Assembly (NCBI GenBank): GCA_964016885.1
Contig: OZ024757.1
Span: 37,076,001-37,140,000 of the forward strand
Length of the DNA stretch: 64,000 nt
DNA from: Eledone cirrhosa
Lineage: Eukaryota
Reading direction: 5' to 3'
Part shown: positions 57,051-64,000 of the stretch, one piece after another
Position numbering within the stretch: position 1 is the first letter of the stretch
How the letters are laid out: every line of letters starts with the position of its first letter
The notes under the pieces: model-generated
Told to the model about the DNA's origin: nothing
The model's database searches: none
The model's input: the letters and a program-made list of their open reading frames with translations, nothing else
Position numbers and translations under genes: made by a program

Positions 57051-57326
57051 GTACAAATTATCTCCTCTTAATGTTTGATATATGTCAATCAATCTTTTAA
57101 TTTTGTAATAACTGGTCAGATTTATTCCTTGGAATCTTTCTTTGAGCATCTACTACAGGTGATATGGCACATGTTTGAGATTTTCTCCGAAATGACATCT
57201 ACATTTTTGTTTGTAATATATATATATATATATTTTATCATTATATTGTATCTTTTACTTTGTAACTTCCCTCCTTAAAACTCTCCTTACTCCTTCTCGG
57301 AGTTCCTGTTCTCCCCATATCCGAAC

Positions 57327-57362
57327 TTTCCTGATGAAGGACTTATGTCTGAAACGTTGAAA
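57327..57362 (+). ncRNA. Minimal type I hammerhead in Penelope-like repeat
   Basis: TTTC-CTGATGA-a-GGAC(ttat)GTCT-GAAAC-GTT^GAAA; stem I differs from the 2871 copy but still pairs (TTTC/GAAA versus TCTT/AAGA). Confidence 0.75.
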
Positions 57363-57538
57363 CCTCCTCCACTTCCACCAAGCATGAATCTAATATATTA
57401 CTGTGTACAATTGCCTCCTGTGTTTTGTTAGTTCATTTTCAACTATTATAAGGTAAAAGGTAAACAGAAATAACAACACAATCGGTACAGTATATGGAAG
57501 GGATATGTTAGGTTAACAGTTGATATAGCAGAAGAGGG

Positions 57539-57574
57539 TCTTAACGTTTCGGACGCTAGTCCTTCATCAAAAGA
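57539..57574 (-). ncRNA. Degenerate minimal hammerhead in Penelope-like repeat (element ~57450-57580)
   Basis: Minus strand TCTT-TTGATGA-a-GGAC(tagc)GTCC-GAAAC-GTT^AAGA; core C3 changed to U; homologous to 2860-2995. Confidence 0.65.
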
Positions 57575-58140
57575 AAGAATATTATATATATATATAATTT
57601 ATGTGTATTATCACAATAAAGATGAGTAAGCAATGTTGGTTTTTAAACAAAAGGAGACAGGTAGGTGATAAATATGTGAAGACATGCAGGCAAAATTTTT
57701 TTATACACAAAGATGCACACACACTCATGTATATATAATTATATATACACACATATATACAGATATATTAATTGGATATATATGTCTCAAATTGCTATCC
57801 TAGGGGTGTGTATATACTTGATTCCAAATTGCATTAAATCTCCTGCATTGTAAAATAATCATTTAGCATTTTTTTGTTCCCACCCTTCTCTCTTCAAACT
57901 GTGACCCGGAGCAATTTTGAAAATGTAGATTACTTAAATGACGATGATGACGATGATGATGATGATTTGATAGCTGTGCCCACATAAACTCAAAAATTTG
58001 TTCTGCAAGCGTATTTGTGCATCTGTACACACTCACACGTACATACATACACACTCACACACACACAAGCTCCCAAATGTTCACAGTTACATGTGTTCAC
58101 ACTCATCCATGTTTCCAATCTTGCACATACATACATACAT

Positions 58141-58214
<74 letters not shown>

Positions 58215-59427
58215 ACATTTTTACACATACGCATAGAATCATATATACATACATACATATACATGCATGCATAGAAGCCAAATTATTTTACACATGCGCA
58301 TAGAATCATATATACATACATAGATACATATATACATACCTATATGCATACATGATGCCAATACATATGCACATAGTGAAACATATCCGTAAGTATAGTT
58401 AGTGTATGCATGAGAGAGAGAGAGATAGTGTGTGTGTGTAAGAGTGTGTGTGAGTCGGAGTGTGTGTGAGTCAGAGTGTGTGAGTCAGAGAGTGTGTGTG
58501 TTTGTGAGAGAGAGAGAGAGAGTGTGTGTGTGTGTGTGAGCGAGAGTGCATGTGAGTGAGTGTGTGTGTGTGAGAGAGTGCATGGGAGTGTGTGTAAGAG
58601 AGAGTGTGTGTGTGAGAGAATGCATGTGAGTGTGTGTGTGTTGAAGCCATGTAGAATTGGCTTCTGCTAAACTGATGTAGCTGGAAGGGAAGGAAGTTGT
58701 GAAAACTACTTACTATACATCCTCACTTACCTACATGTGTTGGACTGGAGTGGGGGCTAGGGGAGGGCAATGGTCCGGGGTGGGGTGTCTAAACACTATA
58801 AATCAACTGATATTGAGTGTAATTCCAGGTCAGACCTCAGAACAGTTCCTACTTAGTTGTTGGAAAGATTCTAATGAAATGTTATATTTTTTTCTTTATA
58901 GAGAATTCTATCTAAAAACTATTCTTTTCATTGTTTTACCATGTTTTAGTCATTAGTCTGTGGCCATGGCCATGCTGGGGTACCATCTTCAAAGATTTTA
59001 GTTTATCATGTTGACTACATTACTAAATTACAGGAGTTTTTTAAGGATATTTATTTACTTTACTGGTTTCACAGTTCTTATGATTTTCAAAAGTAAAATT
59101 GAGATGGAGGGTTAGGGTTTCCGTTGCGATTTGTGCTCCCAACCACTTGGTTGCAAAGTAAACTCCTTCACCACACAGCTATAATCTATTACTCTTTTTC
59201 ACTCTGTCTCTTTCCCTCTCTCTCTATCTATCTCTCTTTATATATATATATATTTTTTCTTTCTCTAAATTTGTTGTTGTTTTAAATGTTGATTGTTGCA
59301 TGGCAACATAGTTTGAGTGGGTCAGCAAGTCCAGACTTTGTTTACCAGATATATCAAATTACATACAACTAGCTACAATATTTCAAACATTTAAAAGAAG
59401 ATAATCAAGATTAACCCTTTAGCATTT

Positions 59428-60275
59428 AAACTGGCCATATCTGGCCAGAATTCTCTCACCTCTTTCTAGTCAAACTGGCTGTATCTGGCCAGAATTCTCT
59501 CACCTCTTTCTATTCAAACTGGCCATATCTGGCCAGAATTCTCTCACCTCTTTCTTTTCAAACTGGCCGTATCTGGCCAGAATTCTTTCACCTCTTTCTA
59601 TTCAAACTGGCCGTATCTGGCCAGAATTCTTTCACCTCTTTCTTTTCAAATTGGCCGTATCTGGCCAGAATTCTTTCACCTCTTTCTTTTCAAACTGGCC
59701 GTATCTGGCCAGAATTCTTTCACCTCTTTCTGTTCAAACTGGTCGTATCTGGCCAGAATTCTTTCACCTCTTTCTATTCAAACTGGTCGTATCTGGCCAG
59801 AATTCTTTCAAATCTTTCTGTTCAAACTGGTTGTATCTGGCCAGAATTCTCTTGCCTCTTTCTGTTCAAACTGGCCGTATCTGGCCAGAATTCTTTCACC
59901 TCTTTCTGTTCAAACTGGTCGTATCTGGCCAGAATTCTCTTGCCTCTTTCTGTTCAAACTGGCCGTATCTGGCCAGAATTCTCTCACCTCTTTCTATTCA
60001 AACTGGCCATATCTGGCCAGAATTTTTTCACCTCTTTCTGTTCAAACTGGCCGTATCTGGCCAGAATTCTCTTGCCTCTTTCTGTTCAAACTGGCCGTAT
60101 CTGGCCAGAATTCTTTCACCTCTTTCTGTTCAAACTGGCCGTATCTGGCCAGAATTCTCTCACCTCTTTCTATTCAAACTGGCCGTATCTGGCCAGAATT
60201 CTTTTGCCTCTTTCTGTTCAAACTGTCTGTATCTGGCCAGAATTCACTCGCCTCTCTTTGTTCAAACTGGCCATA
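59428..60275. repeat. 44-bp satellite (~19 units) inside a piggyBac MITE (59411-60425)
   Basis: Unit AAACTGGCCGTATCTGGCCAGAATTCTTTCACCTCTTTCTGTTC begins right after the TIR TTAACCCTTTAGCATTT; normal MITE body and second TIR follow. Confidence 0.95.
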
Positions 60276-61685
60276 ACTGGCCACTCATACTGGTGTTAAG
60301 GCATTGTTTTCAGCGTAAATAATATCAAAATCTCACAGATTTGATATTATATAAGATAAAGCCTTTACCGTGAAAATATAATAGTAAATATAGAGTAATA
60401 TAAATGTTAAATGCTGAAGGGTTAAGGTTTGTATGACCGATTTGAGGGCTTTTTAGATACCATTTCTAACAAGTGACTCTCAACAATGCACGTTCCTCCT
60501 TTGGTGTGGTTTAGTTTCTGTAGCATATACTGAAGTTTCAACTAGACTCTCATACTTGTCATTTCATGACTTGAAGAAATTTTACAATATTAAATCAATT
60601 TTTTTATTTTTATCTTTCATTTGAAATGTTTGTTTTAATGGTATTGAACCAGATGTAAAATAGAATTGTGACTAAGATATCGAGATTTACCATAAACATT
60701 GACAACCAATAATTTTTGTTTTTTTAAGAGATTTCTTTTTCCATTTGTTTAAAGACTTCGATACCTAGTTCTCTTATTTTATTTTATTTCATTTACTGTT
60801 TCTGTGTCATACTCTTGTTATTAATCTTTTTGTAAACAGATTAAGTTTGGTTCTCTATTTGTTAGACTCTTCATCCTTCTGCTATTTCTACAGAGTATTT
60901 AGTGGCTTCCAGTCTTTTATCAAGTGAAGGCATTCTACTCTGTTCACCATATTGACAAAGTAATAAGATTGGAAACAAAACTGCTACTATAGATTTTTGG
61001 TTTGTTGCTCTCTCACTTCCTTTTAATGTAACTTTGTGAGCCTGACACTGCTTTCATATAATATTTTTGTGGATGTCACTCAATCTTTATTTATCTATCT
61101 ATGGCTGGGCTTTTGCCTGAGCCAAAGCAGTGGAGACCTCATTTCACACTTCCCTATCCATCATCGACATCTTCAGTTCCTGAATAGATTCCAAGGCAGT
61201 ATCTTGCTTCAGGGTGTCAATATATGTAACATGATGTCTGCTACACTTCTCTGTCCACCATTGCCTTCTTCAGTTCCTGGGAGAGATTCCATGCCAGTAT
61301 TTTGCTTCAGGTTGCCAATATCTGTGGCATGATGTCCACTATGCTTTCTCACTCTCTTATGGATCCCACAAGGCCAACTCAACCCTTTTGTTACCATATC
61401 CTTAATGAAAGACATTGCCAATTATTTTCAAATAATTTTACAAATAATGAAGAGTTTCAAAGGGTGTAGTAACTTTCTCAATATCAAGCTGGTGTTGGGA
61501 GCATAACTTGACAAAAGTTCTCACATAAAATCACAATGGAAAGTATTATATACAGTATATAAATATTAATGAGGTTATTATATTGTATTGTTTATTATAC
61601 ATTAAATATTTAGCTCTGTAACTTTTCAACGGAAACTTCAACACTCATAAAAATATATATATATATATACACATACAAAGTTTGA

Positions 61686-61832
61686 AGTTTGAAAGCCACA
61701 ACAATGTGAATTGGATGAAGAAATGAGTGGAACACCTTGTTTCACACTTTATTTATTAGTCCAATTCATATTGTTGTGGCTTTCAAACTTTATATACCAT
61801 ACACAATGCTTCAAATAAGCTACAAATTCCTC
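61686..61832. mobile_element. (TA)n-flanked fold-back element with tail, family unassigned
   Basis: Arms AAGTTTGAAAGCCACAACAATGTGAATTGGA / TCCAATTCATATTGTTGTGGCTTTCAAACTT plus ~40-bp unpaired tail. Confidence 0.6.
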
Positions 61833-61888
<56 letters not shown>

Positions 61889-63544
61889 CAGAATGGAAGC
61901 TGTAAAAACCAGTTAGACCATTACTCACCAAAGTACTTGCTACTTGGGGTAGTAGAGTGGGTAATATTTAAAATTCAGAACCACGATGGCTGAGCTTTTG
62001 CCATTTGAACAGCTAGATCCGATCTAGCTGTTGAAATGGCAGGAGCTCAGCCGCCAGGGTCCCAAATTTTTCATATATATATATATATATAGAAGTAGTA
62101 ACATAACGGTTAGTTCACCATACCAAGAACAAGTGTTTTACCTTATGTGGATCTTCAGCTCGGACTATATATAAAAACAATTTTAAATAGACAGTTTTGT
62201 ATGGTAAAAACAGGCAGTTCCAGGTAGTTTGGTATGGAAAAGGTGAACAATATTGTATTATATGTATGTAAAATAAAAATAAAAAACAATAAAAATACAA
62301 AAAAAATCTATAAAAAAAAGTAAAGAACAGGTTTGTTTGAATGACAGTTGGTTAGGTGAGAAAGGACAACCAGTGAAAACTTAACACAACAACAGTACCT
62401 AATGTAGATTTATCTAGCTCTGTTTTCCAGGTATTTCTGTCATAAATCTTTCATCGCAGTTCATGCCACATGAACTCTTGTCATATTTTGTAGATATAGA
62501 GGCTGTGGGTAGGTTGGGGTTAGGTTCATATCCACCCCAAGTTCTCCTTAAAAAAAGACAATTGTGAGGTACAGTGTAAAACATATATAGGTGGCGAATT
62601 GGCAGTCATTAGAATGTCAGATAGAATGCTTTATGGTATTTGTTCTGGCTTTCTGAGTTCAAATCCCACTGAAGTTAACAAAAGTACCAGTCTAGTATTG
62701 GAGTCTTCCTCTCTCTCTGGAAGAAATCTGCTATACTCAGGTGTGGTGAGGGATGTCAATATGGCACCCCTATGACTCTGTCAGGAGTGACGGGACCATA
62801 CATATATATATGTGTGTGTGTGTGTGTCTATATATATAACGAAGGAAGTGTGGTAAGTAACCAGGTGGACCATAATGCACCAAAGTACTTGATACTGGGT
62901 AGTAGAGTGGGTAATAGGAAAAGAGTCAGAACCCTGACGGCTGAGCTCCAGTTGTTTCGACAGCTAGGTTCAGACCAAGCTGTCGAAACAGCCGAAGTTT
63001 GTTGAAAAAATATCTGATCTTGTGTTGGGAGGAAAAATTGCTGATGTAGGTTTTGGAAATGTGTGAATATCAAAGCATCCTTCTTGTAAAAGTCCTCTTC
63101 AAAAGCAAGTGAGAGCTAATCAAGTCAGTACACACACTAATGACAATGAAACAATGAAAAACTCAAGCAGAAAACACAGATATCTGGTGTTTGACTCTAT
63201 TTATCACATGCAAGTATTTTCAAAGTAAAAAAAAATGTTTGGATTTCCGCATTGTAGATTAAATTAAAGTTTCCTGTCGTTACACAGCACCAAAATGGTT
63301 TGGGTGATGTGGACAGGATGGGTGAATTGACGCAAATGGTGGTAGTGGTAGTAGTGGTGGTGGTTGTAGTAGACTGGGTCAATCGCTGACTCTGTGGAAG
63401 AGGAGACAGCCATTTAGTTAAGTCAAGTTAATATATATATAGAGAGAGAGTTGTAGATGATGACGTATTTGGGAAGACAATTACTTTTTATTGTTTTATT
63501 GAGTCAACCACCTCTCATGGGAAGTAGTTAGTACCAACACTTCA

Positions 63545-64000
63545 TCTGGTAATTCACAAAGCCATTGAAGTGTCTATAAGGTTACTTTGAGTGTTAGAAA
63601 TAGCAGCCAAATTTTCCTCAAATCCTAACATCTTGATAATTCACAACCCATTGAGGAAGTCTCTATATGGTTACTTCATGTGTTAGAAATAGCAGCCAAA
63701 TTTTCCTCAAATCCTAACATCTTGATAATTCACAACCCATTGAGGAAGTCTATATGGTTACTTCATGTGTTAGAAATAGCAGCCAAATTTTCCTCAAATC
63801 CTAACATCTTGATAATTCACAACCCATTGAGGAAGTCTCTATATGGTTACTTCATGTGTTAGAAATAGCAGCCAAATTTTCCTCGAATTCTAACATCTTG
63901 ATAGCTCACAAACCATTGAGGAAGTCTCTATATGGTTACTTCATGTGTTAGAAATAGCAGCCAAATTTTCCTCGAATTCTAACATCTTGATAGCTCACAA
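63545..64000. repeat. 87-89-bp tandem repeat, at least 5 units, runs off the window
   Basis: GTGTTAGAAATAGCAGCCAAATTTTCCTC starts at 63591, 63680, 63767, 63856, 63945. Confidence 0.95.

Noticed and set aside
57061-57210. Possible GIY-YIG remnant (ITCSRCSKK..KLKD) on - strand, related sequence at ~4960-5110
   Set aside because: Multiple stops, no YIG motif, and the second copy does not keep the cysteines; too weak to call.
59651-60322. 223-aa repeat protein
   Set aside because: Read-through of the 44-bp satellite inside a MITE; cycles through all three frames of the unit.

Overview
Eukaryotic, very AT-rich animal genomic DNA; the repeat complement (tRNA-head CORE-SINEs with RTE-type tails, huge (TA)n tracts) points to a coleoid cephalopod, probably an octopus (inference). 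One gene is recognisable: epsin on the + strand (ENTH-coding exon 34884-35442, probable non-coding first exon ending at 20805, probable 60-nt cassette exon 50280-50339; the rest lies beyond the window). A second, unidentified secreted/membrane-protein gene probably runs head-to-head on the - strand (signal-peptide exon 6309-6449). Everything else is intron/intergenic repeat: two tandem 3' ends of a young L1/Tx1-type LINE, RTE fragments, two SINE groups, about 14 piggyBac-type MITEs, mariner/pogo MITEs, a small Helitron, satellites (25, 35, 44, 69, ~89 bp), multi-kb microsatellites and a 200-N gap. The most notable signal is a set of small (150-370 bp), non-coding, mostly (TA)n-embedded elements; several carry type I hammerhead ribozymes, many are built as fold-back inverted repeats plus an unpaired tail (Penelope pLTR-like), and otherwise dissimilar families share a GTATTGAGTAC tail motif. 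Nearly all long ORFs in the supplied track are microsatellite artefacts. Coordinates were counted by eye and repeat boundaries may be off by a few bases.
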